From an uncultured Desulfatitalea sp. (GTDB taxonomy: Bacteria > Desulfobacterota > Desulfobacteria > Desulfobacterales > Desulfosarcinaceae): a DNA stretch of 64,000 nucleotides. Position numbers and translations under genes: made by a program. This document shows positions 9,281-20,676 of the stretch, piece after piece; positions within the stretch are counted from its first letter, which is position 1, and every line of letters begins with the position of its first letter. The stretch is from contig CAXXMB010000002.1 in assembly GCA_963668675.2 (NCBI GenBank), positions 2,912,001-2,976,000 on the forward strand, read 5' to 3'. Under the pieces are notes generated by a model, which was not told the DNA's origin, did not search any database, and saw nothing but the letters and a program-made list of their open reading frames with translations.

Positions 9281-9436
9281 TTATGAGCTTTGTTTGATAC
9301 GGATGGCACAGTATGTGAGCACTGCGATGAACAGAATCCAGATGATCTGTTGGGGCAGGATGGATAATACATAGGCAACGGTTATGATTGCCAGGACCAA
9401 TACGACGAACCAGGCTGCAAGTTTGTAATAATTCAA
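9281..9436 (-). CDS. Small two-helix membrane protein (51 aa), not in the ORF track
   Basis: AAGGAGG SD, TTG start: MNYYKLAAWFVVLVLAIITVAYVLSILPQQIIWILFIAVLTYCAIRIKQSS*. Confidence 0.6.
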   Translation of the reverse strand: MNYYKLAAWFVVLVLAIITVAYVLSILPQQIIWILFIAVLTYCAIRIKQSS

Positions 9437-9599
9437 TAGGCGTTCCTCCTTTAATGGTTTAATGGGGTTGAAAATTGAAAACAGGCGGATGACTTCAGGA
9501 ATTTATATATATAGACGATGGCGATATGATGGATTTGGGTGGTGGTAATGCCTGGTGATGGGTGTTTTTGGATGGAAAATCTTTTTCAAAATGGGATTT

Positions 9600-9705
9600 T
9601 TAGAACTGTCGGAAGCGCAGGTTTAAATCAGAAATCGACGGTTCTGGGGGATATTATTTGCGGAAGTGTAGATCCGTTGACCCATTTGGTCGAATTGCGA
9701 AATAA
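9600..9705. repeat. Diverged intergenic repeat, copy 1 (copy 2 at ~24914-25010)
   Basis: TTAGAACTG-TCGGAAGCGCAGGTTTAAATCAGAAAT vs TTAGTACTGCTCGGAAGCGGGGTTTTAAATCAGAAAT, with weaker similarity continuing. Confidence 0.6.
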
Positions 9706-9796
9706 ATATGGCCACCGGGTTGCTTTCACAGGAATTGAAGATCAGGATCTCGGGGTCGATGCCCAGGTTGCCAGTTAAAACGCATGAATTGAGCAT
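9623..9796 (-). pseudogene. Truncated ssb duplicate remnant
   Basis: AAGGAGG SD, then MLNSCVLTGNLGIDPEILIFNSCESNPVAIF..., matching the adjacent SSB N-terminus, then diverging and stopping at 57 aa. Confidence 0.7.
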
Positions 9797-10027
9797 GTAA
9801 TGCCTCCTTAGTTTGGTTGATAGATTGAGTGTTAGCTGAGTTTGGTGGTTTTCTTAGCAATTAATATGTATAGATGTTAGTTGGTTGGATGGATTGTACT
9901 GGCAACAGAAGGAATTTATAAACATATTCAGACTTCAAACCTTTGCCTTAGTGGTTTTCAATGTGGTAAATTATAATTCTGAGTACGGGGTGCACACATC
10001 AAGAAAATTGTCCACACTTGAGTGACA

Positions 10028-13000
10028 ATGGAAATTATTGACAACATAAATAATTTTTTAGGTGACAGCCTAAAACGTACAATCGGCCCTAATTCAAAAC
10101 TTAAGATTGCTGCCTCCTGTTTTTCCATCTATGCTTTCGAAGCATTAAAGAAAGAATTATCTAAAGTAGAATCCCTTGAGTTTATTTTTACATCCCCAAC
10201 CTTTGTACCCGATCAGGTCACAGACAAGCTTAAAAAGGAAAAACGGGAATTTTACATCCCCAAATTAGACCGGGAAAACAGCCTTTATGGAACAGAATTT
10301 GAGATCCGATTAAAAAATCAGCTCACTCAAAAGGCCATCGCCAGAGAATGCGCCGCCTGGGTGCGTGAAAAGGTCCAATTTAAATCCAACCGTTCCAACT
10401 CCCCCATGCAACCTTTCATATGTGTGGATGATGAGCGCACCTCATCCCTATATATGCCATTACACGGCTTTACAGCCGTTGATTTGGGTTATCAGCAAGG
10501 CAACGCCGTATCCAACTTTGTAAACAAAATGACCGATGCCGGTTCAGTGGCAACCTATCTACGGCTTTTCGATCAGATATGGCAGGACAAAGACAAGGTC
10601 GAGGACGTAACAGCATCTATATGTGATCATATTGAAACCGTCTACCAGGATAACGCACCGGAGTTCATCTATTTCTTTATCCTATACAATATCTTCAACG
10701 AGTTTCTTGAAGATATCTCCGAAGACGTACTGCCCAATGATCGAACCGGCTACCAAGACAGTCTCGTATGGAATAAGCTTTTTAATTTTCAAAGAGACGC
10801 CGCTGTCGGCATCATCAATAAACTGGAAAGTTATAACGGATGTATTCTGGCGGATAGCGTGGGGCTCGGCAAAACATTTACCGCTCTGGCCGTCATCAAA
10901 TATTACGAACTTCGCAACAAGTCCGTCCTGGTGCTATGCCCCAAAAAACTGGCTGACAACTGGCTCAACTATAACCAAAATCTTACCACCAATATCTTTG
11001 CCAAAGACCGATTCAACTACGATGTGCTTTGCCACACCGACCTGCAACGCGACAGAGGCTATTCATTCGGCATACCGCTGGATCGAATTAATTGGGGCAA
11101 CTTCGACCTGGTGGTCATCGATGAATCGCACAATTTCCGCAATAACGAAATGTACAGAGACCGGGAGACCCGATACCAGAAACTAATGAATCGGGTGATC
11201 AAATCCGGTGTACGCACCAAAGTCCTGATGCTCTCCGCCACGCCTGTCAATAACCGTTTTACCGATTTACGGAACCAACTGGCGCTGGCCTATGAAGGCG
11301 AACCGGACAACTTGAATGAAAAGCTGCACACAGGCAAAGATATCAACGAAATATTTCGTCGTGCCCAGGCCGCTTTCAACAGTTGGACCAAACTGCCGCC
11401 CGAAGAGCGAACCCCTGAAGCGATTCTGGACGCCTTGGATTACGATTTCTTTGAACTCCTCGATAGCGTTACCATCGCCCGATCCAGAAAGCATATTCAG
11501 AAATTTTATGATACCACCGATATTAGCTCTTTCCCTACACGCAAAAAGCCGCTGTCGTTTCACTGCCCGTTGACCACACGGACGGATGTTATGGGATTTA
11601 ACGACATTTTTCAGTCTTTGATCTCCCTGAAGATGGGAGTATACGCCCCGTTCCGATATATATTTCCCAGCCGCCTGGCCAAGTATGAGGAAATCTATGA
11701 CACCATGATCATGGGCGGGCTTTCCCGATTAAAACAAAGTGATCGTGAAAAAAGCCTCCAGGCCTTAATGACCGTGAACTTGCTCAAACGCCTGGAAAGC
11801 TCGGTGGAAGCCTTTCGCATCACCCTCCAAAAGCTCCAGAAAAATCATGAAAGCATCCTTGATAAAATAGAACGCTTTAAAGAAACAGGCGAACGCGATA
11901 GCTTTGACGACCTTTCCTCAGCCTTAGAATACACAGAGGTTGATGAAGAAGAGTTCCCCGATGAAGAAGATACTACCATCGGTGGCAAGGTTCAGATCAG
12001 CCTTTCGGACATGGATTTGGATGCCTGGGAGTTCGACCTTCGCTCCGACCTTGGCACCATCACCGCACTGCTTTCAGAAATGCAAAAGATCACCCCACCC
12101 GAGGATGCCAAATTAGAACATCTCAAAGCTCTGATTAAGGATAAAATAGAAAACCCGATCAATCCCGGCAACCGCAAAGTACTTCTTTTTACCGCTTTCG
12201 CCGATACCGCCGGTTATCTTTACGACAACCTGGCTCCCTATATCCAAAAGCAGTTCGGCCTTCATGCCGCCAAGGTGAGTGGCAGCGGCAGCATTAAATC
12301 GACGCTAAAAAACCATTATAATTTTCAATCCATCCTGACCCTGTTCTCACCCATCGCCAAGGAAAAGGCGTTGATCATGCCACAGGAGCAGGCACAGATC
12401 GATCTCTTAATCGGCACGGATTGTATATCCGAGGGTCAGAACCTGCAGGATTGCGACTTTTTGGTAAACTACGACATCCACTGGAACCCCGTGCGCATTA
12501 TCCAGCGTTTTGGTCGCATCGACCGCATCGGCTCTCAAAATAAAGAGATCCAACTGGTCAACTACTGGCCCGATATCTCTTTGGACGATTACATCAATCT
12601 AAAAGAGCGGGTTGAAAGCCGGATGGTCATCGCCGATTTCACCGCCACCGGTGACGACAACATTCTCAAGCCGGAAGCCAATGACCTTGCCTATCGCAAG
12701 GCCCAACTGCAACGCCTGCAAGACGAAGTGATAGACTTGGAAGACATAAAAACCGGCGTCTCCATCACCGATCTGGGTTTGAACGACTTTCGGATGGATC
12801 TGATTAATTATGTCAAAAACCATGGTAACCTGGATGGCATCCCCAAAGGCATGCATGCCATTACCGAGGCCCAACCGGACAAAGGATTGTTGCCTGGTGT
12901 GATCTTTGCGCTGCGCAACACCAACCAAGGGGTCAATGTCAATCAGCAAAACCGCCTGCACCCTTACTATTTGGTCTACATTCTTAAAGACGGCAACATC

Positions 13001-13303
13001 CTGATCAACCACACAGAAGTGAAAAAAATACTCGACCTGCTGCGCACAGCCTGCAAAGGCCAATCCGAGCCGATCCCGGACCTTTTTCGCACCTTCAACC
13101 GGGAGACCCGTGACGGACGAAACATGGGAACCTATTCCCAACTGCTCGGCCTGGGCATTCGTTCCATGATCGAAACCCAGGAAGAAAAAGATATCCAAAG
13201 CCTGTTTACCGGCGGCGGCACCACCGCGTTGCACAACACCATTAATGGTTTGGATGATTTTGAGCTGGTTGCCTTTCTGGTGATTCGGGAAAGGGCTAAT
13301 TAA
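10028..13303 (+). CDS. SNF2-family (SF2) helicase associated with type III R-M loci
   Basis: ILADSVGLGKT, VVIDESHNFRN, LMLSATPVNN, SEGQNLQD, WNPVRIIQRFGRIDRIG; N-terminal region without an HKD motif. Confidence 0.88.
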   Translation: MEIIDNINNFLGDSLKRTIGPNSKLKIAASCFSIYAFEALKKELSKVESLEFIFTSPTFVPDQVTDKLKKEKREFYIPKLDRENSLYGTEFEIRLKNQLTQKAIARECAAWVREKVQFKSNRSNSPMQPFICVDDERTSSLYMPLHGFTAVDLGYQQGNAVSNFVNKMTDAGSVATYLRLFDQIWQDKDKVEDVTASICDHIETVYQDNAPEFIYFFILYNIFNEFLEDISEDVLPNDRTGYQDSLVWNKLFNFQRDAAVGIINKLESYNGCILADSVGLGKTFTALAVIKYYELRNKSVLVLCPKKLADNWLNYNQNLTTNIFAKDRFNYDVLCHTDLQRDRGYSFGIPLDRINWGNFDLVVIDESHNFRNNEMYRDRETRYQKLMNRVIKSGVRTKVLMLSATPVNNRFTDLRNQLALAYEGEPDNLNEKLHTGKDINEIFRRAQAAFNSWTKLPPEERTPEAILDALDYDFFELLDSVTIARSRKHIQKFYDTTDISSFPTRKKPLSFHCPLTTRTDVMGFNDIFQSLISLKMGVYAPFRYIFPSRLAKYEEIYDTMIMGGLSRLKQSDREKSLQALMTVNLLKRLESSVEAFRITLQKLQKNHESILDKIERFKETGERDSFDDLSSALEYTEVDEEEFPDEEDTTIGGKVQISLSDMDLDAWEFDLRSDLGTITALLSEMQKITPPEDAKLEHLKALIKDKIENPINPGNRKVLLFTAFADTAGYLYDNLAPYIQKQFGLHAAKVSGSGSIKSTLKNHYNFQSILTLFSPIAKEKALIMPQEQAQIDLLIGTDCISEGQNLQDCDFLVNYDIHWNPVRIIQRFGRIDRIGSQNKEIQLVNYWPDISLDDYINLKERVESRMVIADFTATGDDNILKPEANDLAYRKAQLQRLQDEVIDLEDIKTGVSITDLGLNDFRMDLINYVKNHGNLDGIPKGMHAITEAQPDKGLLPGVIFALRNTNQGVNVNQQNRLHPYYLVYILKDGNILINHTEVKKILDLLRTACKGQSEPIPDLFRTFNRETRDGRNMGTYSQLLGLGIRSMIETQEEKDIQSLFTGGGTTALHNTINGLDDFELVAFLVIRERAN

Positions 13304-13305
13304 CC

Positions 13306-13992
13306 ATGTTCGTCTATCCCCCCCAGGCCCGGGTGGACCGCAAATTGCCTAAAAGTGTTATTTATAAAAACGCCAAGCCATCCACGACCGTCAAAGAGCT
13401 CTTTGTCAGCCAGGTGGCCGACATCATCTGGAAATTCAAGTTAGCCCCAGAGACAATCAATATCCCGGCCAAGGCCGGTTACACGGAGATTCAGGTTTTC
13501 GACATCCTGCTCAAAGGCGCAAAGCTCGACCCAAAGGTGCTCCGCTCAATAGATAAGGCCATTCCTTACCCCTTATTTTTCAGATTGCATAACCAGGACC
13601 GTATCAACAGGGTCACTGCATTTAAAAGGCCCAATGTCGCTACGAGCAAAACACCAAAAACAATTGACGATCGCCCCTGGGTTCTTGGAACCTATTTTGA
13701 AACCGGTTGGCAACCCAATACACACTCTCAATCCAAACTGCCGCTGGCCCTTGACTTAAGATCCCTTTACGAGCAGATGCTGTTGCCGTATATACCCCTT
13801 GGTCGCCGTCCAGATGAACATTTGGAATCCCTGGTGGAGCGGCATCATTTGATCCGGACCAAACAGCGAAAATTGAAAACAGTGAAGTCTAAAATGAAAA
13901 AGGAACGACAATTCAACCGCAAGGTGGATCTCAACACCCGTATTCGCGACCTTGAAAATGAACTGGCGGATTTAATGGCAGCCTCAAGATAA
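13306..13992 (+). CDS. DUF4391-like protein
   Basis: LPKSVIY...IIWKFKLAPETINI...EIQVF...IDKAIPYP...KKERQFNRKVDLN; typical position between the helicase and mod. Confidence 0.8.
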   Translation: MFVYPPQARVDRKLPKSVIYKNAKPSTTVKELFVSQVADIIWKFKLAPETINIPAKAGYTEIQVFDILLKGAKLDPKVLRSIDKAIPYPLFFRLHNQDRINRVTAFKRPNVATSKTPKTIDDRPWVLGTYFETGWQPNTHSQSKLPLALDLRSLYEQMLLPYIPLGRRPDEHLESLVERHHLIRTKQRKLKTVKSKMKKERQFNRKVDLNTRIRDLENELADLMAASR

Positions 13993-14012
13993 AGAATAAA
14001 GAAGGTAATAAA

Positions 14013-15884
14013 ATGGACAAACTCAAAATGCAAAGCCCCAATCTGGTGGAATCCAACATAGACAAGATTGCCGAGTTGTTCCCCAACTGCATTTCCGAAA
14101 GCAAAGATGAAAATGGGAATTTGAAACGGGTTGTGGATTTCGATCTGCTGCGCCAGGAGCTTTCCCCCCACCTGGTGGAAGGCCCCCAGGAGCGGTACAC
14201 TCTGAGTTGGCCCGGAAAAAATGAAGCCATTCTGGCAGCCAATGCGCCCATTGCCAAGACATTAAGGCCCTGTGAAGAGGAGAGCGTTGATTTTGATACC
14301 ACCAAGAATATTTTCATTGAGGGCGATAATTTGGATGTACTCAAGCTGCTGCAGGAGACTTATCTGGACAAGGTGAAAATGATCTATATCGATCCGCCGT
14401 ATAATACAGGGAATGATTTTATTTATGATGATGATTTTGCTGAAAACACAAAGGATTTCCTGAAACGCTCAAATCAAAAAGATGAAGAAGGAAATCGCCT
14501 TATACCAAACCCCGATTCCAAAGGACGTTTTCACTCTGATTGGCTCAGCATGATGTATTCGAGGCTGAAACTGGCAAGGAATCTTTTGAAAAATGATGGG
14601 GTAATTTTTATCAGCATAGATATCCATGAAGTATCTAATCTGCGATTATTAATGAATGAAGTTTTTGGCAGCTCGTGTCACAAAAATACTATTGCTGTTC
14701 GTAGAGGAATAAAAAACGTACAGGCGCAATTTGAGGATTTAAGCTCCCTATCATTAGGCCATGAATATATTCTCATGTATTCGAAATCGTCAGAAACACG
14801 TCTCCCCAAATTAGTCTATTCGCATGGCAAACAAAAACCTGGAAAATGGGATACCTTTTGGAGAGGGACAAATCGTCCAACCATGCGCTACGAACTTTTC
14901 GGGACTTTTCCTGAGACCGGGCAATGGAGATGGGAAGAGGGACGCACAAAGTTAGCTGTCAAGAATTATGAGGACTATCTTGCTAACCACGCTAGCGATA
15001 TGTCCCTAGATGAATGGTATTTGGATAATTTAACTGCAACAAATATAAAACTCAATTTCGTCCGTAAAAATGAAGAAGGTACTGTTCAGTATTATGTGCC
15101 ACCTACTGAAGGCAGATTACTAAGTGACAACTGGATGGATATTACCTTAAGTGGAAATGAGACCAAAGAATTCAATACTGAAAAAAATGTAGCTTTACTA
15201 TCCAGAGCTATTAAATGGATTTGCTCTAACGAACAGAGCCCTATCATCCTCGATTTTTTTGCTGGCTCCTCCACAACCGCTCACGCCGTAATGCAACTAA
15301 ACGCAGAAGACGAGAGAAAACGAAAATTCATCATGGTGCAGCTCGATGAACCATGCGATGAAACGTCCGAAGCCTTCAAAGCCGGTTACAAAAACATAGC
15401 CGAAATTGCCAAGGAGCGCATTCGTCGAGCTGGTAAAAAGATCAAAGAGGAAAACTCTGCAAAAACACAAGTCCTTGACACCGGCTTCCGCATCCTTAAA
15501 CTCGATACTTCCAATATGAAAGATGTATATTACACCCCCGACCAAACCAAACAAACCAACTTGGAAATGTTCACCGACCACATCAAAGACGACCGTCGTC
15601 GCGAAGACATTCTGTTCCAGGTACTCCTCGACTGGGGCCTGGATCTGTCCCTACCCATCGCCAAGGAAACCATTGAAGACAAGACGGTCTTTTTCGTGGA
15701 CGGCAACGTACTGGCTGCCTGTTTTGATACCGACATCACCGAGGATATGGTCAAAGTCTTGGCCAAGCGCAATCCTCTGCGCGCCGTTTTTCGGGATGAT
15801 GGCTTCGGCAGCGATAGCGTCAAGATTAATGTGGAGCAGATCTTCAAACTGCTTTCTCCGGAAACCGAAGTTAAGACCATCTAA
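14013..15884 (+). CDS. mod: Type III R-M adenine methyltransferase (Mod)
   Basis: [16 protein letters not shown] (motif IV), [11 protein letters not shown] (motif I); directly upstream of res. Confidence 0.93.
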   Translation: MDKLKMQSPNLVESNIDKIAELFPNCISESKDENGNLKRVVDFDLLRQELSPHLVEGPQERYTLSWPGKNEAILAANAPIAKTLRPCEEESVDFDTTKNIFIEGDNLDVLKLLQETYLDKVKMIYIDPPYNTGNDFIYDDDFAENTKDFLKRSNQKDEEGNRLIPNPDSKGRFHSDWLSMMYSRLKLARNLLKNDGVIFISIDIHEVSNLRLLMNEVFGSSCHKNTIAVRRGIKNVQAQFEDLSSLSLGHEYILMYSKSSETRLPKLVYSHGKQKPGKWDTFWRGTNRPTMRYELFGTFPETGQWRWEEGRTKLAVKNYEDYLANHASDMSLDEWYLDNLTATNIKLNFVRKNEEGTVQYYVPPTEGRLLSDNWMDITLSGNETKEFNTEKNVALLSRAIKWICSNEQSPIILDFFAGSSTTAHAVMQLNAEDERKRKFIMVQLDEPCDETSEAFKAGYKNIAEIAKERIRRAGKKIKEENSAKTQVLDTGFRILKLDTSNMKDVYYTPDQTKQTNLEMFTDHIKDDRRREDILFQVLLDWGLDLSLPIAKETIEDKTVFFVDGNVLAACFDTDITEDMVKVLAKRNPLRAVFRDDGFGSDSVKINVEQIFKLLSPETEVKTI

Positions 15885-15901
15885 GGATCAGGCGCTTTTC
15901 C

Positions 15902-18900
15902 ATGAAAATAAGATTCAAGCAGCAGAATTTTCAAACTGAAGCGGTTAAGGCCATTGCCGACTGTTTTGCCGGACAACCCCGACAGAGCATGCAAAAATAT
16001 CGTATCGACCCCGGCAAAACCAACCCGGCCGAGGCCAAGCATTACAAACAGGTACGCATGGATGCCGAGTTCCTTCAATCCGGTTTCAGGAACCAGGAAC
16101 TGGTCCTTGCCCCCCACCAACTGCTGCACAATATCAATACCGTGCAACGCTCCTTCAATTTGGACCTTTCTCCCAAACTGGTCACCACCAAAGTGTGTAA
16201 CGTCAATCTGGATGTGGAGATGGAGACCGGGACCGGAAAGACCTACTGTTACATCAAAGCCATGTTCGAACTGAATAAGCGTTACGGCTGGTCCAAATAC
16301 ATCGTCATGGTGCCCTCCGTGGCCATTCGGGAGGGTGTATTCAAGTCATTCCAGATAACCGCCGACCATTTCATGGAGGCGTATCACAAGCGGATTCGTT
16401 TTTTCATCTACAACTCCAAAGAGCCGCACCACATTGAGTCTTTTTCCTCCGACGGCGGCATCAATGCCATGATCATCAATGTGCAGGCCTTTGCCGCCAG
16501 GGGTAAGGATGCCCGCCGCATTTACATGGAACTCGATGATTTTCAATCCCGGCGGCCCATTGATGTGATCAAACGTAATCATCCGATTTTGATTTTAGAC
16601 GAACCCCAAAAGATGGAAGGCCCGGCGACCACCAAAGCATTGGAGGAGTTCAACCCATTGGCGGTCTTGCGCTTTTCCGCCACACACAAGACCCAACACA
16701 ACCAAGTGTACCGCCTGGATGCCCTGGATGCCTATAATCAAAAGATAGTTAAAAAAATCAAGGTTAACGGGATTACCGTGAAGGGTTTAACAGGCACCAA
16801 TGCCTATCTTTACCTTGAATCTATCCGCATATCCGCATCCAGCCCACCCATTGCCAGGATGGAATTTGAGTTCCGCCAAAAGGGCAACATCAAGCGGGTC
16901 ATCCGTAATTTTAAATCTGGGGACAATCTTTTCGAACTCTCCGGCGAACTTGGCCAGTACAAAGGTTTTGTCATATCTGACATCGATGCAGTGGCAAACC
17001 GTGTAGATTTTACCAATAGCGAAGCCCTCTATGCGGGTGAAGCCACCGGTGATGTAAACGAGGAAACCCTGCGTAGAATCCAAATCCGTGAAGCCATTGC
17101 AGCTCACTTTGAGAAAGAACAAGCCCTGTTTTACCAGGGCATCAAAGTGCTGTCCCTGTTTTTCATTGACGAGGTGGCCAAATACCGCAGTTATGAGGGA
17201 GGCGTGGAGCAGCCTGGTGAATATGCCGTCATGTTCGAAGAGGAATATAATACGATTCTGAACGAAATACTGACCATTGAAAATTCACCTTACAATCAAT
17301 ATCTCCGGGATATTCCCACGACAAACACGCACAATGGTTATTTTTCCATCGACAAAAAGAATAAACGTCTGGTCGATCCTAAAGCCAAAGGTAAGGAAAA
17401 AGAGGCCGACGATGTGGAGGCCTACGATTTAATCCTTCGGGATAAGGAACGTTTGCTCTCTTTGAAAGAGCCGGTCCGCTTCATTTTCTCCCACTCTGCA
17501 CTTAGGGAAGGTTGGGACAATCCCAATATATTCGTAATCTGTACGTTAAAGCACAGCGACAGCGTCATTGCCAAACGCCAGGAGGTGGGGCGCGGGTTGA
17601 GGTTGAGTGTCAATCAAGTGGGGGAACGCATGGACAACCCTGCGGATGTCCACAACATCAACATTTTGACCGTCGTGGCCAGTGAAAGTTACAAGGATTT
17701 TGTAGGCGCGTTGCAAAAAGAGATCTCCGAATCCCTTTCCGCCAGACCGCGCAAGGCTGATGAGGCTTATTTTATCGGTAAAATACTAAGAAGCGACGAT
17801 GGTGACATAACCGTCGATGCCCAAATGGCTAAACAAATTTATCGGTATCTAATTAAAAACGATTATACCGACGACAATGATACTGTCACTAAAACTTATC
17901 ACGATGCCAGAAAGGACGGTACTTTAGCGGAACTACCACCTGAATTGGCACCCCATGCCCCCCAGGTGATCGGGCTCATCGATAGCGTTTTCAGCGATGC
18001 AGCCCTGCCGGACATAGACGACGGCCGCAAGGCCAAACGCAATCCATTGAATAAAAATTTTGAACGGGCTGAGTTTCGCGCTCTGTGGGACAAAATCAAC
18101 CAAAAAGCCGCCTATACCGTTCACTTTGACACCGAGGAGTTGGTTAACAAATGCATCATAGCCTTGGATGAACAACTTCGGGTCACAAAGCTGCAATACA
18201 CCATCGAACGGGGCGAACAGAAAGATTCCATTGATCATGAGAGCATGCAAAAGGGTCAAGGGTTCGAAGTCCGCGAAAACCAAACCGGCACGTTTACCCA
18301 TTCAATCCATTCCGCTGTCACCTACGATCTTATCGGCAAATTGGCCGAGGATACCAAACTAACCCGCAGGACCATCGTCAAGATCCTCAAAGGCATAAAC
18401 AACGCCATCTTCGCCCAGTTTAAAACCAACCCGGAGGATTTCATCCTAAAAGCAGGCACCCTCATCAACGAACAAAAAGCGACGGTCATAGTGGAGTATC
18501 TCTCATACGACCCGGTTCAAGATCGCCACAACTTGGATATCTTCACCGCTCAAAAAAATCGCGAAGACTTTAGTAAAGCGGTTAAAGCAGACCGTCACAT
18601 CTACGACTATGTTTTCACCGATTCCAAAATTGAGAAAGAGTTCGTGCAGCAGTTAGACAAAAGTATCGAAGTAGTCGTGTACGCCAAACTCCCCCGCAGC
18701 TTCTTTATCCCAACCCCGGTCGGCAACTACAATCCAGACTGGGCCATAGCCTTCAAAGAAGGCACCGTCAAACACGTATACTTTGTCGCCGAAACCAAAG
18801 GCTCAATGTCCACCCTGCAGCTCAGAAAAATAGAAGAATCGAAAATAGAATGCGCCCGAAAATTTTTTGCCGGTATTACGTCCGACCAGGTTAAGTACGA

Positions 18901-18943
18901 TGTTGTAGATAGCTATGACAAATTAATGTCTATAGTAGCGTAG
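15902..18943 (+). CDS. res: Type III R-M restriction endonuclease (Res)
   Basis: [46 protein letters not shown]...VAETKG. Confidence 0.93.
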   Translation: MKIRFKQQNFQTEAVKAIADCFAGQPRQSMQKYRIDPGKTNPAEAKHYKQVRMDAEFLQSGFRNQELVLAPHQLLHNINTVQRSFNLDLSPKLVTTKVCNVNLDVEMETGTGKTYCYIKAMFELNKRYGWSKYIVMVPSVAIREGVFKSFQITADHFMEAYHKRIRFFIYNSKEPHHIESFSSDGGINAMIINVQAFAARGKDARRIYMELDDFQSRRPIDVIKRNHPILILDEPQKMEGPATTKALEEFNPLAVLRFSATHKTQHNQVYRLDALDAYNQKIVKKIKVNGITVKGLTGTNAYLYLESIRISASSPPIARMEFEFRQKGNIKRVIRNFKSGDNLFELSGELGQYKGFVISDIDAVANRVDFTNSEALYAGEATGDVNEETLRRIQIREAIAAHFEKEQALFYQGIKVLSLFFIDEVAKYRSYEGGVEQPGEYAVMFEEEYNTILNEILTIENSPYNQYLRDIPTTNTHNGYFSIDKKNKRLVDPKAKGKEKEADDVEAYDLILRDKERLLSLKEPVRFIFSHSALREGWDNPNIFVICTLKHSDSVIAKRQEVGRGLRLSVNQVGERMDNPADVHNINILTVVASESYKDFVGALQKEISESLSARPRKADEAYFIGKILRSDDGDITVDAQMAKQIYRYLIKNDYTDDNDTVTKTYHDARKDGTLAELPPELAPHAPQVIGLIDSVFSDAALPDIDDGRKAKRNPLNKNFERAEFRALWDKINQKAAYTVHFDTEELVNKCIIALDEQLRVTKLQYTIERGEQKDSIDHESMQKGQGFEVRENQTGTFTHSIHSAVTYDLIGKLAEDTKLTRRTIVKILKGINNAIFAQFKTNPEDFILKAGTLINEQKATVIVEYLSYDPVQDRHNLDIFTAQKNREDFSKAVKADRHIYDYVFTDSKIEKEFVQQLDKSIEVVVYAKLPRSFFIPTPVGNYNPDWAIAFKEGTVKHVYFVAETKGSMSTLQLRKIEESKIECARKFFAGITSDQVKYDVVDSYDKLMSIVA

Positions 18944-18953
18944 GGAATTAAAA

Positions 18954-20417
18954 ATGAAAATCAGTTTAGCTGCTCCATTACAATATGCCCATAGACAACT
19001 ATCTGAATCCCTTCATGAGTACAGAACAGAATTTGAAAGGGATAGGGATAGGATACTTTATTCGAAAGCATTCAGACGTCTCAGCGGTAAGACTCAAATA
19101 TTTTTACCATTATCACATGATCATGTTCGAAATAGGCTTACCCATACATTAGAGGTATCCCAGATCGCAAAAGTCACAGCAAAGAATTTGAACCTAAATG
19201 GTGATTTAGCTGAAGCGATTGCACTTGGACATGATCTGGGCCACACTCCATTTGGTCACGTAGGAGAACGTGCGTTAAATTTGATAAGTAATAACTGCGC
19301 GGAATTGCATCCTTATTTCGAAGTATTAGATCCATCGAAAAAAGGTTTTAAACATAATCTTCATGGGTTGCGAGTGATATGTCACCTTGAAAAAGCCTAC
19401 AGGCTACAACCAGGAATGAATCTAACAAATTTTACTCTGTGGGGCATTAAAAACCATAGCAAATTGAGTTGGGATAAGTATGATCCAGAAAGCGGGAAGT
19501 TGTCAGCGTGTGAATACAATCAAAATGGTACTTGCTATTTTCAATTAAGGCCGAAACCATGCATAAATAATCGACTTTATGTCGGATTCTATGATAAATA
19601 CAATCAATTCACAAGAATCGATCAAAGCAAAAATGAGGCCTGGAGTTTTGAAGGTTTCATTGTCGCTTTTGCCGATGAAATTGCCCAGAGGCATCATGAT
19701 GTGGAAGATGGGTTATTTATGAAAATAATTTCTATCGAGGAATTAAAAGATAGAATCAGGGATCTTTTTAAAAAATACTTCGATGATGAGGACAAGGCAA
19801 ATTTCTACAAGCTTTCAAGAGAGAAGGATCAAGGGTATTTTTTGCCCTTGATATCGAGATTCATTGTAAATTTACTGAATAAGAACCTTATTAACTACTC
19901 GAGTGAACAATTATCTAAGTTAGCTCAACTGCATTCCATTTCATCATCCGAAGATTTTTGTAACATCTATAATCAATTGAATTATAGTGAAACAAAATCA
20001 TGCATTGCATTCGAAGAGGAATTCGATATTTCACAAAAAGAGTTTCAAAAATTTCTTAAGAATAGAATTCTCAATTCATATGAGGTTCAACGAATGGATG
20101 GTAGAGGAACCTACATCATTAGAAAGTTATTGAAAGCATATTTAACCAATCCTTCACAATTATCCGACCCAACTCTTGTTGCAATAGAAAACATTTATAG
20201 AGGGCGAACTACGGGAAGAAAAGCAATCTATGATTATAAAGAGCCTGAATTGGGAAGTCTTAGAAACGAAGTTAATAGTCTATCGAAAAAGTCAGATAAG
20301 GCCTTTCAGATAAGCTTATTGAGAGGGCTATGCGATCATATTGCAGGCATGACAGACAATTTTGCTATTGCTGAATACAAACGGCTATACGGAATTGATC
20401 CAGTTTTAATAGGATAA
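18954..20417 (+). CDS. dgt: dNTP triphosphohydrolase (dGTPase, HD family)
   Basis: FERDRDRILYSKAFRRLSGKTQ, RLTHTLEV, HDLGHTPFGH, ADEIAQRHHDVEDG, DHIAGMTD. Confidence 0.88.
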   Translation: MKISLAAPLQYAHRQLSESLHEYRTEFERDRDRILYSKAFRRLSGKTQIFLPLSHDHVRNRLTHTLEVSQIAKVTAKNLNLNGDLAEAIALGHDLGHTPFGHVGERALNLISNNCAELHPYFEVLDPSKKGFKHNLHGLRVICHLEKAYRLQPGMNLTNFTLWGIKNHSKLSWDKYDPESGKLSACEYNQNGTCYFQLRPKPCINNRLYVGFYDKYNQFTRIDQSKNEAWSFEGFIVAFADEIAQRHHDVEDGLFMKIISIEELKDRIRDLFKKYFDDEDKANFYKLSREKDQGYFLPLISRFIVNLLNKNLINYSSEQLSKLAQLHSISSSEDFCNIYNQLNYSETKSCIAFEEEFDISQKEFQKFLKNRILNSYEVQRMDGRGTYIIRKLLKAYLTNPSQLSDPTLVAIENIYRGRTTGRKAIYDYKEPELGSLRNEVNSLSKKSDKAFQISLLRGLCDHIAGMTDNFAIAEYKRLYGIDPVLIG

Positions 20418-20448
20418 TATCCTTAAACGGATATAAAAAGCTGCCTAT

Positions 20449-20676
20449 ATGAAAGACGGCATACAAAACATAATCGGGAAGACCATCAAATCCGTTATCG
20501 TAACAAGAAACGACAGGCCTCCCGGAAATCAGGTCTTTTTGATTTTCGACGATGACACTTATTTTGAATTCTACGGAGAGAGCTTCACGGGTGCCGGAGG
20601 GATAGATCAAGGCAGTGTTGATGAAGTGTCAAGATATATCGAAAAGAGTGGGGCCGAGATCACAGATGTTTATTGA
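20449..20676 (+). CDS. Hypothetical protein (75 aa)
   Basis: Compact ORF 31 nt after the dGTPase stop, same strand. Confidence 0.55.
   Translation: MKDGIQNIIGKTIKSVIVTRNDRPPGNQVFLIFDDDTYFEFYGESFTGAGGIDQGSVDEVSRYIEKSGAEITDVY

Noticed and set aside
10028..13303. DISARM or BREX system
   Set aside because: No drmA/B/C or pglZ/brxC genes; the context is helicase-DUF4391-mod-res
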